From contig MU057344.1 in assembly GCA_013239625.1 (NCBI GenBank), positions 560,276 to 624,275 of the forward strand: a stretch of 64,000 nucleotides of DNA, written 5' to 3'. Under the pieces are notes generated by a model. It saw nothing but the letters and a program-made list of their open reading frames with translations, made no database searches and was not told the origin of the DNA. Positions 12,021 through 25,935 of this stretch are shown piece after piece; positions within the stretch are counted from its first letter, which is position 1; every line of letters begins with the position of its first letter. Made by a program: the position numbers and the translations under genes. This DNA is from Lama guanicoe (lineage: Eukaryota).

Positions 12021-13350
12021 CTAGAATAAAGAAAAGAAGAAGTTATGAGAAGTTCATATGGCACCTCACAGGGATGGGGTGCTGTGTCCTTCCTCGGCAG
12101 CCACACAGCAGCACCCGGGGCCAGGCTGGGTGTCTCCGAGCATCACCTGAGGGGCACCACACCCACCACCAGGGGCTGAGGACGTGCCCGGGGTCATCCT
12201 GCTCTGCACAGACGCCCTCTTGGAGCCAAGGGCTCCCTCGAACCCCCCAGTGGCCACAGGACCCGATGTGTGGGCCCAGGAAGAAACAGGGATAGAACTC
12301 CTGGCGAGAAGGCCGCAGCGGCCAGTGAGAAAACAGGTGGCACCCAGCCCACCAGGGGCCAGAGGGCGGCACTTGGACTAATGACACCGCAAGAGCCTGG
12401 GTGCAGGAGGCTGTTTTGTGTTCATGCAAAAGCTCAGTCAAGTACAAGGTCTGACGGAAGCTCTTGCAGACTGAAACCAGGGCAACGAGCCTGCCAGGGC
12501 ACCGCAGGCCCGCCCTTCTTCTTCTAGGAATTATGCCGCAGCGGTCAGAGGCTCAGAGGGGGACTGCGTGCAGACGTTCCCTGAGGACTTAAGTGAAGAG
12601 ACCACAGACTCTGAGCATCTGCAAGGGGGACGGGGAGGCCTCCCCTCCCGGCTGGCAGGGGTGGTGAGTAGAGGCTGGCACGGGGCTAACGGGCGAGATG
12701 TCAACTATGATGTGAGCCGTGTTTCCAGGAGCTACAAACACGGAGAGGAAGGCTGGAGGAAACACAGCAAAGTGTTAGAGGCAGTTACAAAGCACCTGTA
12801 ACTCCCATTTTGCAGTGGCATTCAGAGCCTCCAGGAGGGGCTGTGCTGCTCGGGGAGCAGCAGGGGTAAAGTCTCGGACAAACTCCCAGAAGCCATGGTG
12901 CTGCTGCTTCCTCGATTTTCGGGAGTTGGGGCTGGACAGGGCGGTGGTTCAGGAGGAGCAGGCTGTGCTGAGGTGTCAACTTGGGCGTCCCTCAATAGCT
13001 CAGCCCCATCCCAGACCCAGCAAAGCCGCCTTCGGAGCGTGGTGTCCGTCCTTCTCCTGGCAGACGGGCCACCGGGCCAGCAGAGGGGGCCGCAGAACCC
13101 CGGCCTGCCCCCTGCGCCCGCCACTTGTGCACACAGGCAGGGCTGCGGTCACCCCCCTCCGGCATCTCAGCATCCTAGCTCACGTACCCCTAGAGCCTGC
13201 ATGTCCTCACACTGCCTCGTTCCCCGAGGAGAGTGATCTCACTGCTCTGCTGCCAAGAAGGAGGCATTCAGTCCCGTTCCTCCCAACCGCAGGAGCATGC
13301 TGAGCGGGTTCACACCAACACCCACAGGGGGCTTGGGCTCCCAGGACTCA

Positions 13351-13566
<216 letters not shown>

Positions 13567-14952
13567 TCAAGATCAAACACCCAACGGATTCTTCTCGTTG
13601 GAGGGAAAACACAGCAAGACAAAGTCCACGTCTGCAAATATCTCCTGTCACCCTCCCCAAAGACAGGCGCCCACGAGGCTTTGTCCTGCTCCTACACAGC
13701 ACCTTGGCCAGATCCGCACTTGCAAAACAAGGAGATGAAGGGTGGTGTCGGGGCAACGCCACTGAGAAGGGAGGGTGGGGACCCCACACCTTCAGTGCAC
13801 CCACCCCTCCTGCCTTCATTCTGAAATCTGACCAACAGCCATGACAGGAATGGTGGAAAGTCCGTTCAATGCAGCAGAAAATCACATTCACTTTGGAAAT
13901 AGGGCATGAGCCTCCTCTGGCACCTCGACCTCGATTTCAGGCACCGTAATTCCTCTATCTTGAAATCAGAGTGGACGAGGGCAGGAGCCTCCATGTTTAG
14001 CAGAAAGGAGCAGGAGCACAGCCCTCAGACGATCGCGGAGCTCACGAGGCTGCGCTTGCCCCCCCCACAGGACAGGGCTGTCCACACAACAGACACAGGC
14101 CCATGCAGTCCCGAGGCCGAGCCCTCAACCAAGGCAGGTGCCCTTCCAAGGTCTCCTGGGGGGGTCTCTGCTGGACGGCAGCCCGGCCACGGGAGCCAGA
14201 GTACAGCTCCACCCTGCAGGAAGGGCCTGCTGTCCCCGCCAGGAGCCTGTCTGGGGGTGGCACTGGCAGATTCAGGGTCTTGGGTGAAGCCCAGGCCCGG
14301 CAAGGCCGCTCTGCCCAGACTCTGGCCGCTGCTCCAGGAGAGAAACACTGCTGTGTGGCGGGGGAGCGTGGGGCCTCCTCTGGGAGCCCAGCTTTGAAAC
14401 CTTGGCCTCTGGGGTCCTGGCACCTCAGTCACTCCCCAATGCCTCCCCAACAGGTTTCTCTTTGCTAAATTCTATCAAGGTTTTTCTAATTGTTCTCAGC
14501 AAGAGAGCTGGTTTCCTGCAAGCTGGAACCCAAGCCACGAGGTTTTTAAGTCACTGGAGGTAAGTCCTTCTCGTGTGGTTAAGCTTGACCTGCAGTCAGG
14601 CTCGCCAGTTTGTGGCGTGCACGATCTTCAGGAGTTCGTTTTATGCTTCAATTTGTCTTCGTTTTACCACCACCTGAGCTTTTGTGCGGCTCCAAAGTCA
14701 TGTCTGCGAGAAGCCCAGCTGTGCCCCGTCCCCTCTGTTTTCTGCTCCCCGAGGTGGGGGCTGCCCTGTTCTAACATCTGGTCATTTCTTAGTTGAAGCA
14801 AACAGGCCAAGCCAGCAGGCTGCGTGCCCGATCCTGCACTGCACCCGTTTACAGCACAATGCAGGGTGGGCCGCTTTGTACGAGGCTGGCAGGAAGGACA
14901 GGGACGTGGGCTTCGCTGGAAAGGCCCGCTGCCCCAGGCTGGAGATTTCTCA

Positions 14953-15393
<441 letters not shown>

Positions 15394-15557
15394 TCAGTGT
15401 GTTTGCAGCTACAGGACAGACTCTCCAGGAGTCAGCCTGGTGGGTGGGCACGTCCAACCCCTGCCCTCCTCCTGCCAGCTCAGGGGACACATGCCCGGGG
15501 TCACCTATCACGTCCGCTGGCCGGCTGCCCACTCAGTGATGGGAAAGACACTTCTTA

Positions 15558-16238
<681 letters not shown>

Positions 16239-18499
16239 CTAGCAGCATCTTAATGTCCTCAAAGCTTTAATCACCCACTTAATGAAACTATGAATCACAA
16301 ATACGGAATTTTGGCCTCATCCTCAGGCCCGTGGGTCAGTCTGCTGCCCTAAAGGAGCAGGTAGGCTGGCTTCTCTGACTTCTCTGCCACCAAGTTCCTA
16401 AGACCCAAGCCCCCTCTGCCTCTTTCCCTCCCACACACCTGAGCCTCTTGCAGATCCCACCAACTATTTCTAAAGTATCCGAGGGCCCTCTCCTCCCACA
16501 GCTGCTCAGCTCAGCCAAGGCCTGGGGTCTGTGCCCCCGATCCCCAAAGCTGTCACAGGTGCTGTGTACCATCCCGTCCACCTGGGACCAGCCAGAGTCC
16601 CTCCCCACATGGGTTCGTAGTGACACTTCACATGCTCAGCTCTCCCACCCCTCATCCGACCTCTTAATCTCTCATTCAGCATTTTGCGTTGTCCTCCACA
16701 GGAGGACTGACCTGCCCCATCAGAGACTCGGGCTTTCCGTCCTTCATCAGGTCTTGAATTCCGATCACTGTGTCTTTCCTGCTCTATCTGGTACCACTGC
16801 AAACTGGCCTGTTTCTCTCCAATCCCTTCCTTCCATCTTCTGTCTCAGTCTCTGACAGTTCATTCCCCTAGGACCCAACACTGCAGTCCTGCAGTCCTGG
16901 TCCTCCTGGAGGGCTAGCTGACTCTGCTCCCGCACAGACCCTGAGCCGAGGGTCCTTCCTGGAGTGGAGGCATGGGGCTGCTTCTGCCAGGTTCCCCGGG
17001 GTGTCATCGGCTCAGCAACAACTTTCCAGACAAACCCACACCTGCCTGGCGATCAGGCCTGTGGCTATGACTTCTCAAGTGAGACCCCCACCCAAGATCA
17101 CAAGCTCCGTCAGACTCCATCTCTCCCTTGTGCAGCTGGCACAACAAGTTCTCTTTGAGCAGCAAGTCTGACAACACCCGGAGATGCTGGACAGACTTAG
17201 ACCTGGAGGAACTCAGACACTGCTGGTGGGGCACAGACCGGGACAGCATTCGGGAAATCATCTGGTTCCATCTTGGCACGGAAACCTCTGCACACCCCAC
17301 AGACCAGCAGCTCCGACCTCGAGCTCCCCCCAGAAGTCCTGCACGAGACGTGCACACAGACATCGAGACAGGCCTGCTCGTCATGACAGCTGGGAAACAC
17401 CCCCAGCGACCGCAAGAGAAGGAACAGAAATCCTGGGCTTTTCACAGGATGCGAAGTGGGCCAGCAGCGAGAACGAGGTGCAGGGCAGCACACAGCTGAG
17501 TGACGGCCGGGTCCTCTCCACACGATGACAGGCGACCCCATGACACAACACTTACCACTGGGCAAGAGCTGGGGTTGAAATCCTGAGCTGAAGGCCGCCC
17601 CCGGGAGTGGTGAAGACCCTCAGAGGTGGTGTGGGGCGTCACATGTGAAGGCCGGGAGGGGCTGGGGGTCAGGCAGTCCCAGCCGGGCAGGTCCTCTGCA
17701 CCCAGTCCCGCCGGGGTCACAGCTGCCCCCTGACTCCAGCTCCTGTGTTTCCACCGCCTGGTCCCCTTCGCCCCTGTAATTCAGGTTGCTCTCTGGAGAG
17801 GCGGTTCCTGTCCTGTAGAAGACCAAAGGTCAGCGGGCCTGGTCTGACAACAAAAAACCGACCTGAAGAGCCAGCAGCCAACCTCCCCCAAGTCTGCATG
17901 GAAACGGGGTGGGATGAACCTGGGGGAGCCCCGTGACCCCCAGGTCACTGGTGACAAAGGCTTGAATGGCCTCCCTCACCGATTACAGCACAAACAGCAA
18001 GAACTGCTAAGCAGCCTTTCCTGCCCAGCAGGGAGCAGGTGGCTCAGGAGGCCAGGGTTGGCCCCCAACTTTTCTCCTGCCCAGAGCTGTCCTCAGAAGA
18101 GGGTGCACGTGTAGGACTGAAGGGAAACCAGGTCAGAGACACGTTACAAGAGACACACCTCTGACGTCTTTATCACGTGCAGGTGCCGCACCATGTGCCA
18201 CGGCCTGACCCAGCCCAGCCGCCACCAGCCCCACAGCAAGGGCTTGGGACCAGCTGGGAGCGGGCCTGGTTCTGAAATGAGGGCTGCCGGGACCACCGTG
18301 GCCTATTTGCCACTGAAGTAAAGTTTGGGGCCAAGTCAGTGAAAATAAAGATGCCAACTTCTCCCCATCCAGCCACGCAGACTCCTGAATTCCAGGGCCC
18401 ATCAGCCTGAGGCTGAGAGTCCCTGCTCTAAAACTCGCAACCCACGATGTTCTCAAATGCCTGGTGAGGTGCAGACAGTCGGTACTTTCAGGTAAAATG

Positions 18500-18950
18500 C
18501 ACTGGAACTCTACAGGTTCCACACGCTGCAATTCAGAAGTGCCCCCTCTGGGATTTATCCTAAAGAAACGACTTGACAAAGGCCCACACTTGTACATACA
18601 AGGATGTTCAAAAGCTCAGTTTTTAAGACTGAGAAACTGACACTAGCCAAGTGTCCAAAAGGCATTTGTGATAAACTCTGTCACATAATGGGACAGTGGG
18701 TCACAATTAAGAGAATACACAGTGGCCCTACAAGTCTTGATAGAAAATACATTTGCCGTAGACTAAGTGAGAGCAGGATGACAAGGCCTCCGCACGACGT
18801 GTTCTGGTTTAAAAAGTACAAGCAGTTCGGAACACAGGCCAAGTTACGGACATGTTCAGCTCGGGGACGCAGAGACTTGGGCCATTCTAATTTGGTGTCT
18901 CTCCATTTTTTAATTTGTCTGTATTGAAAATGGATTTCTTTAATGTAAAA
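18500..18950 (+). mobile_element. Old L1ME-like 3' fragment
   Basis: cctctgggatttatcctaaagaaa...tacatacaaggatgttca...ccaagtgtcca; boundaries approximate. Confidence 0.55.
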
Positions 18951-19062
18951 ACTGTCCTATTTTCTCTCCTAATGTCTCTTTTCATGGTGTCTAATACTGT
19001 TTCATTCTGCTTTAAAACGTTACTTGCAAGTTTAAAGATTTGTGATTAAAGTACATTGCACT

Positions 19063-19064
<2 letters not shown>

Positions 19065-19106
<42 letters not shown>
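19065..19106 (+). repeat. (AC)21 microsatellite
   Basis: Direct reading. Confidence 0.98.
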
Positions 19107-19108
<2 letters not shown>

Positions 19109-19439
19109 AACCACTTTAAGCCAATGAACAAAGAATCAGCCTCTAAATAGAGGCTACTTCTTTCTTTGACAGCAGCGGGGGGTGAGCAAGGTTTTCAAAG
19201 GCTTTAGAGCCTGAGCCCATAAGAGGAAACTGCCTGGACGGTCACAGGCCCCATAAAATCCGTCAAAGAAAAGTCACCCGAGGACAAGCATGAAGTGGTA
19301 GCTCTGGGCCTGCCTGGGAGTTTCCCAACCCAATTTACAAAATAGCAATCCGCTAGAACCAGCGGCTGGCAGGATGTCAGCCATTACATAATTTCCAGTT
19401 TTATAAAATTCTGGGCAGAAAAACACCAACTGCAATGAA

Positions 19440-20900
19440 TCTGCAGGCGACCGGAGCACACGGAGCATCTTTACCTGGTTCTTTCCGGGACAGCTGCACC
19501 TGCCGAACCGGAGCCGTGCCCACCTCGGGGGCACAACCCCCGAGGCCGTGTCCCTCGCCCCGCGACCCCGCGAGGCCTCTGATCCTGCACCGCAGCTCAG
19601 GCGCCGCGGCCCCGCCCATCCCAGGTACCCCAGCCTCCGCCCCCGCCCCACCTGTGTCCCGCCCGCCCCGCCGCAGGAGCCGGGCGGACCCAGGGCGGGA
19701 GCGCAGCGCCAACCCGAGGCCTGGGGTCCGAGCGGAAGAGCGCCCCGCGACCGCGCCGTCGGGCCTGCGAGGCGGGGCCCGGGGACGCCATGTGGTGGAC
19801 ACATCACAGGAAAGGGCCGGGGCGTGACAGGCAGCAAGGGACCGTCCTACCCGGAGGCCGCGGGGCCTCCGGAAGAACGGCCTCGGACGACAGGGCCGAG
19901 CGCGAGCCGAGGCCCTGCGGTGGCCGGCCGGCAGAGGGGTCCGCGAGCCGGGGATGGGTGGGAGGAGGCTGGGGGCCGACGGGCTTCGGCCCGGACGCGA
20001 AAAGCGACCCCCGGAGACAGCCCGCCCCGCTGGCTCTATTCAGCGCTCCCGGCGCGAACCGGCCACCCACCGAGGAGCCCCGGGCCAGACGCCGCGCGGC
20101 CGGGCAGCCTGAGGGACGCGGACCCGGCCCCGGCCCGGCCCTGGAGGCCGGTCACCCGGGGCCCGCCTCCACACGGCGACCCGCCCACGTCCCGGCGATA
20201 GCGGCTCCGGGAACCAGCGGGGTGCGGGCAGGCCCGGGGTGGGCGGGCCGGAAGCAGAGGCGGGGCTAGAGGGCGGAAGTGCCGCCACGCTCAGAAGTCA
20301 TGGGCCGGAAGTGACGCGACAAACGGCGGCGACTCCTCGCTGTCCCGCGGGGGACGTCTCTCACTCTGGGCTTCTTGGTCGCCGCTCGTTCGCCCCCTTG
20401 GCACCCTCCGAGCCGTACCACCGCGGCCCAGTTGGAGGGGGGTGCTGCTGGGCGATTTCCCCCGCTGTCGTTCCCTGAGGGCCGTACCACCGTGGCCAGT
20501 CGGGGGTGGCGCCGCTGGGTGACTCCCCCCACGGTCGTCCCCTTGGCACCCTCCGGGCGGGGCGGTCAGTCCGTAGAGGCGCCGACCCGTAAGCCCGCGT
20601 GGGGCTGTCCTCGAGTTTTGGTTTCTAGGGGCATAAGTTCCAGCCCCGCCACCCCTACTTTAGACGAGGTCCAAGGGAGTGTACTGGTGAGGTAACTAGC
20701 ATCGGAGGAGCTCCAGGCGCCGCAGGATGCCGAGGCCACGCCCCCGACGGAGGCGCCGATTGGTCGAGCCGTGGAAAGCTCGGCCCGTGGGCGTGGCCTA
20801 GGTCCACATGGGCGCCGGGCTGCCGGCGCGTGGTCGCACCCGTGTCCACCGAGCATCTGCCCGGCTGGGCTCTACGCTCCGCTTACTCTTTAACGTAATT
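19440..20900. promoter_or_regulatory. SLC35E2B: SLC35E2B CpG-island promoter / non-coding first exon region
   Basis: CpG-rich; clustered ETS CGGAAG motifs at about 20249, 20274, 20306; CCAAT (minus) about 20759; candidate donor CAG|gtaaag at 19474. Confidence 0.8.
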
Positions 20901-21625
20901 TTCAGGAGCGAGGATATGGCTAATGGAGTCTTCTTGAAGGTTACTTTTCTTGTCATTCTTTAACAATTTTTTTCACATTGTTTTAAAATTAATGAAGTTT
21001 GTCCTTCAGATCTTGGCCAGAGTCGTTAATGATATGCCCACCTCTGGGCGACCGTGGCGGGGCTGCGAGCTGCAGGCAGAAGGCTTTCCCTGGGATCCTC
21101 CAGAGGGCGTGGCGGGAGGAAGAACAGGGAAGACTCCAGGAGCGGGTCAGGGGCCTGGGTCTGAAATGAAAGCAGCAAAAGTGAAATTCATGTTTACTTA
21201 TGTACTTACCTCAGGACGTAATATGATGGCGTCTTCATCATCCGTAAATTGAGTGTTCAGGATGCCTTCATAAACCTGAGGAGACTTTACAGCGTAGATT
21301 TTCCTACTTTGCACAAAACCCTGAGATGCTTGATGACTGCCCAGCGGTCCTGGTTGTTGGTGGTCAGTGACGTACTTATAGTCAAACAATCTCAACAGCA
21401 AATTCATAAAAACGATCAAAAATTTTATAGCGGAGTCTTTCTTACATTTAATCTGGGAGGGTGCGTAACAATTTTGAAATGATGTCAGGAGATCCTGGGT
21501 ACCTTCCCCTCCTGGACAAGGAGGACAGGGTCCTCTGCACCCAGGGCTTCCAGCCCCTGCCTGAGGAACCCTTTGCTCCATGGTGATCTTTCTAGAGTTT
21601 GTATCCTTCCCCTTTGTCTGTGTCC

Positions 21626-22077
21626 TGTTAGCAAATGTTCACTTAAAACAACAAAATAGCCAGTTACTTTACCAGCAAAATGGGTTTATTTGACAGTAGC
21701 AAAGAATTGCAGTTCAGAACATGCAACTGTGGCAACCACATGAAAGTCTAATAAAGCAGAGGAGGGGAAACTCTTTTGTAGAGGAGACGTTGTTAAAAAC
21801 AAAAGGCCATTGCAGGAAATGGGGAATTCTGAGCACAGTGGCTTTTCATTGGCTGAATTGTGATGATCCCGCGTTGTCTGAGCTGTTGCCAGGCAGGGAG
21901 AAAATCTTCCTTCCTCCTGCTGGTGGTCCTAAAGCAGTGTGCCTCTTGCCACAGATGCAAGGCACTCTCCTCCTGTTGGGATCTCTACTGAGGTCAAGGG
22001 GTACATGCGTGAGAGCTTCCACTTCTGCCTTCCTGACTCCATTTTAGCTGAGGTTTCCTTTTATTAACTTCCACACA
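21626..22077 (-). mobile_element. Solo ERV1-like LTR
   Basis: Minus strand starts TGTG...ttaataaaaggaaacctcagctaaaatggagtcagg, has AATAAA near its 3' end, ends ...taaca; imperfect 4-bp TSD gtcc/gttc. Confidence 0.7.
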
Positions 22078-25000
22078 GTTCTTGTCCCTGATATTCACAG
22101 GAGACTTTGCTTTGCTGCCTATGAAGGTAGCATGTTCAGGAGGGGAAGGTGCCCAGGCTCTCCTGACATCGTTTCAAAATTGTTATGCACTCTCCCAGAA
22201 TTCCACCATCAGGCCACACCTGACCTTTGATCTCAGGGATACCACAAGTGGATCTGTGTGATTTTACCTACATTTGCTGGAATTCTGACTTCTTCCTGTG
22301 ACTGGATTCCAAGAAGCAGAATGTTGGGGTCAGCTTCAAATGTGGTCATTTGCCAATGTGTACACCCAAGATTCAGGTTTAGACACAAATCCAGTAGGAA
22401 GCAGTTCTTGTGAAGGCACCCCTCCCAACCAGCTCCCTAAAACCTCCAGCACGGCCTCCACCCAGCCCAGCCCAGCTCCCTCCATGACATGCTGGGCTCT
22501 GCTGACCTCCAGGCCTGATCAATGCTGGGTCCCCTTCCCAACAACTCTCTCCTTCAGTGTTTGGATGATGTTTAAACGGCAATTTTCCTTAGGGCAGAAA
22601 GGAAAGCATCAATGCAGGTTCTGCTTTGCTGCCTTCAGGGGTCCCTCCCAGAGCCCTAGGCCCTGTCTGTCCCCCTCCCCATGGCCGCCTCTCCCTGCTC
22701 TCCTCTCACAGGTTCAGTCTAAGACTGGGCCTTGGTCTGACAGTGATGGTTCCAGTGGGGTGGGATGGTGAGGCCTGCAAGCCCAGAGGATCCCAAGTTC
22801 CCAGGGGAAGGCGAGGACAGCAGAGAGGTGTGGACGTGGGCCTGGGAGCCCACAAAGCCCAGTGGACAAGATCTGGGTCATGATCTTGCGGGTGGGAAGA
22901 AGGGTGGAGGGGACCTGCCTTGTACCTCCAGACCCACTGCCAGTATCATCAGAAAGCACTGACCAGCACTATGTCGCTCCCTGGGTGCTTGGTCCCTGAC
23001 TCCTGACCACAGTCCCTCGGTACACCAGGGAGAACCCCTGCCAAACCCACGTTCAACTTCCTGCACGTTAAGGCTCGGGGGTCTTTATCTTTTAAACAAT
23101 CACCATCTTTTAAAGCTCACCATCTTGGGGTGCTCTTTAGCACCTCTGCTTGCCCTCCCAATTAGGATGAACAGACTTCTGCAAGGAAGACAGAGGTGTG
23201 GTCAATGAGGGGCCGGTGGACTGTCAGGGCAGGGGGAGGGGGAGGCTTCAGGCCTGGGGCCTACGTAGGCCACTGGGCGCCCAAGTCATTGGGAGCTGCG
23301 CCTGCTCCAGGCTTCTGTGTGCATGTCATCGCAGACCCGAGTGTGTGGGCCTTCAGACCCAGTCAGTGCCCGGAGGAGGGGAGCCACACCATTAGGTGGG
23401 GCCGGGTGGGGTTTGCTGGACAGGTCCAGCTGGCCTCAGCTTCCTTCCACCAGGTACCTCGGCCATCCCTGGGCCCCTGGCCACACTGAGAGCCAAGGCC
23501 TCCTGTTTCCAGAACAACACAGGGTCTTCCTTAGTGTCCTTCCCAGGCTCTAGGTCCGGCCAGGACACCCAAGTGGCAGCTGGGCCCCTGGCCCTGTGGG
23601 TGATACCTCTTCCACTGAGAACATCCCAGGTCTCCCGGCCATCACCTCTGCCAGCTGTCCCCAAGGTGCCAGTGCCTGCCCAGTGTGGGGGCCACACCTG
23701 CAGTTCCCTCATCCAGTCCCATTTAGAGGTGGGGGCAGCGACAGCCGCTGGAGCTTCTGTGATGTGTCCTGACCAGCAGGTGGGGAAAAAGGCCACGGGA
23801 GTGTGCAGCCAAAGTCGCTCAGGCCGTGTCACCTTGGCCTGAGCTCAGCCTTTGGACCCCATCCCCAGACCAGGAGCAGGCCCCCTCCCTGGCATAACCC
23901 CTGTCCTGGGCTGACTCTGCCCACCCCAACCTTGGCAGGACCCTGGTAGGGGCACCTGCAATCTCTGTCGGTGGGGCTCAGCTTCTGAACTCCATGGGGT
24001 GGTGACAATGCCAGGGAGGGCACCTGAAAGCTCCTCCCCCAGGGGCTGGGGCCAAAGGTCACGGAAGCAAAAGTGCAGGGTTAGGGAGCAGCCCCTTTGC
24101 CACTTCAGGCCAGTGTCTGAGGAGAGTCCTGGGGATGGGGACAGAGGGGCTGCGCTGGTCTCACTGTGCTCGCAGGAGGCCAGGGCTGAGGTCTGGCCGT
24201 GCCTGTCCCCCGTGCTCCTGCACCCCGCTTGAGGCCTGGATGGACCAGCAGGGCAGGAGGGCCTGTGGGAGGGGCACTGGCCCGCAGGGCTACTTGTCCG
24301 CAGGGTGCAGGGTCCCGCCCTCCGCCCTCCCTGCCCCCACCTCACCTCTTCCCTCACTGAATCCTCGGAGTTTCCAGGCTTAGCTGGAGCTCTGGCCTGA
24401 ATCTCTCTGGGTGAAAGGGGACTCGTTCCTGCCTCCTCCCATGTCGTCGTCACCCTCACCTATTTTCTCTTGGCTCCTCCAACAGACCCTCCCCTGTCCC
24501 TCCCCATCCCCCTCACCCCTTCCCTGCTCCAGCTTCGCACCTGCTCTCCCCAACCTGGCAGTCTTCCCGGTCCCTGGGGCCCAGAGACTCCCAGGGGTGG
24601 GACCCTCGGGGCAAGACACAGAAGTGGGCCTGAGAGAGAAGGGAGGCCAGCCGGGCGGGGCACCCAGCACTGAGGCCTGGGGAGTGGTTTGGCCTCCATG
24701 CTCCTGGGACGCAGGCAAGGAAAAGCCAGGTTTCCGAGGCCACTGCCCTGAAGACTGGAAGCTTCGAGGGGCCTGAGGCCTGAGCCCACAGAAATGTCCT
24801 AGTGTCCTGGTCGGGAGGTGTCTTGGGGTCCCTGTCCTGTGGCCTCTGTGTCCCCTGCTCCCCATCCCCTTTGATGTGCTCCACATAGCCCAGGTCAGGG
24901 TTCAGAGATCAACAGCCTTTGCCAAACAGTTGGGACCCCGTGGGCAGTGACTAAGCCTAGCAGTGAGCTCACCCCGCGGGCTCAGGGCTCCTGGCCGGCC

Positions 25001-25929
25001 GGGCTGGGCGGGCTCCCCTTCAGGGAGGCCTCTGCTCCCAGCACAGGGCCCAGACTGGGTCCACGCGCAGCTCAGGCCGAGCCTCAGCTGCAGGAGAGCA
25101 CTCCAGCACCTGCCCCACCCTGCTGCCTGTGCACACCGACTGTGCACACACGCGCTTCCCGGCAGAACTGTGGGCCACCAGGCCCCGCGGCAGAGGGAGC
25201 AGCAGCCACCGAGACACCTGGGCAGGAAGGGGCGGCACCCCCACGTGTGCCTCGAGTGGAGACTCACCCAGAGAACCAACCATGTACGCCTGCTTCTAAC
25301 AGGCAGGGCAGGGACAGCTCCACCACCCGGCCCTGGCCCCAGGTGTCCACTCACGTCTAACCTGTGGGGGGCTGGGCATGTCTAGTTCCTCTCAGCACCC
25401 AGGGACCCTGGTCGGGGTCAGGGCTGCCTGCAGCAGGTGCCCAGGGTGGTTGTTCAGGCCTTGGTCCACGGGGCTGTGTCGGGGTCGTCTGCAACACCTG
25501 CTCTGGCTGCTGGCAAAGCCTTGCCCCAAACCCACCCAGACTAGAGGGAGGCCCAGGAGCGGAGAGGGAGCAGGGGAGGAGGGAGGCGGGAGCTCCACAG
25601 CCCTCCGACCACCAGGATCCAGCTGCTCCCACAGGGCAGCCTGGGCCCAGGCCTCTGACTCCTCCCTGCTGGACTGGCCCCGAAGCCCCAGCCAGGCCCC
25701 CTCGGAGACGACACCTGTCCAACCCCAGGGCTGGCAGCGCAGACAGCGAGGCTGGACAGGATGAGACTGGGGGCTGCGGGAGCAGGACCCCCGCCCACCA
25801 CGGCCAAGGGTGGGGTCAGTGCGTCTGGGTTCCCGAGGCCCTAGCCCACGCCCTTCAGCGTCTTGGTGTTAATTACAGAGACCCAAATAAAGTTGTCACT
25901 CAATTAACTCAGCTTTTTAAACAAGTCTG

Positions 25930-25935
25930 TTTATT
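25930..25935 (-). terminator. NADK: NADK distal polyadenylation signal (proximal candidate 27135-27140)
   Basis: AATAAA on minus strand in an AT-rich block about 1.6 kb after the stop. Confidence 0.7.

Noticed and set aside
22100-25850. Possible hidden protein-coding gene between SLC35E2B and NADK (likewise 44200-48050)
   Set aside because: No chain of exons with consistent splice sites and no recognisable peptide
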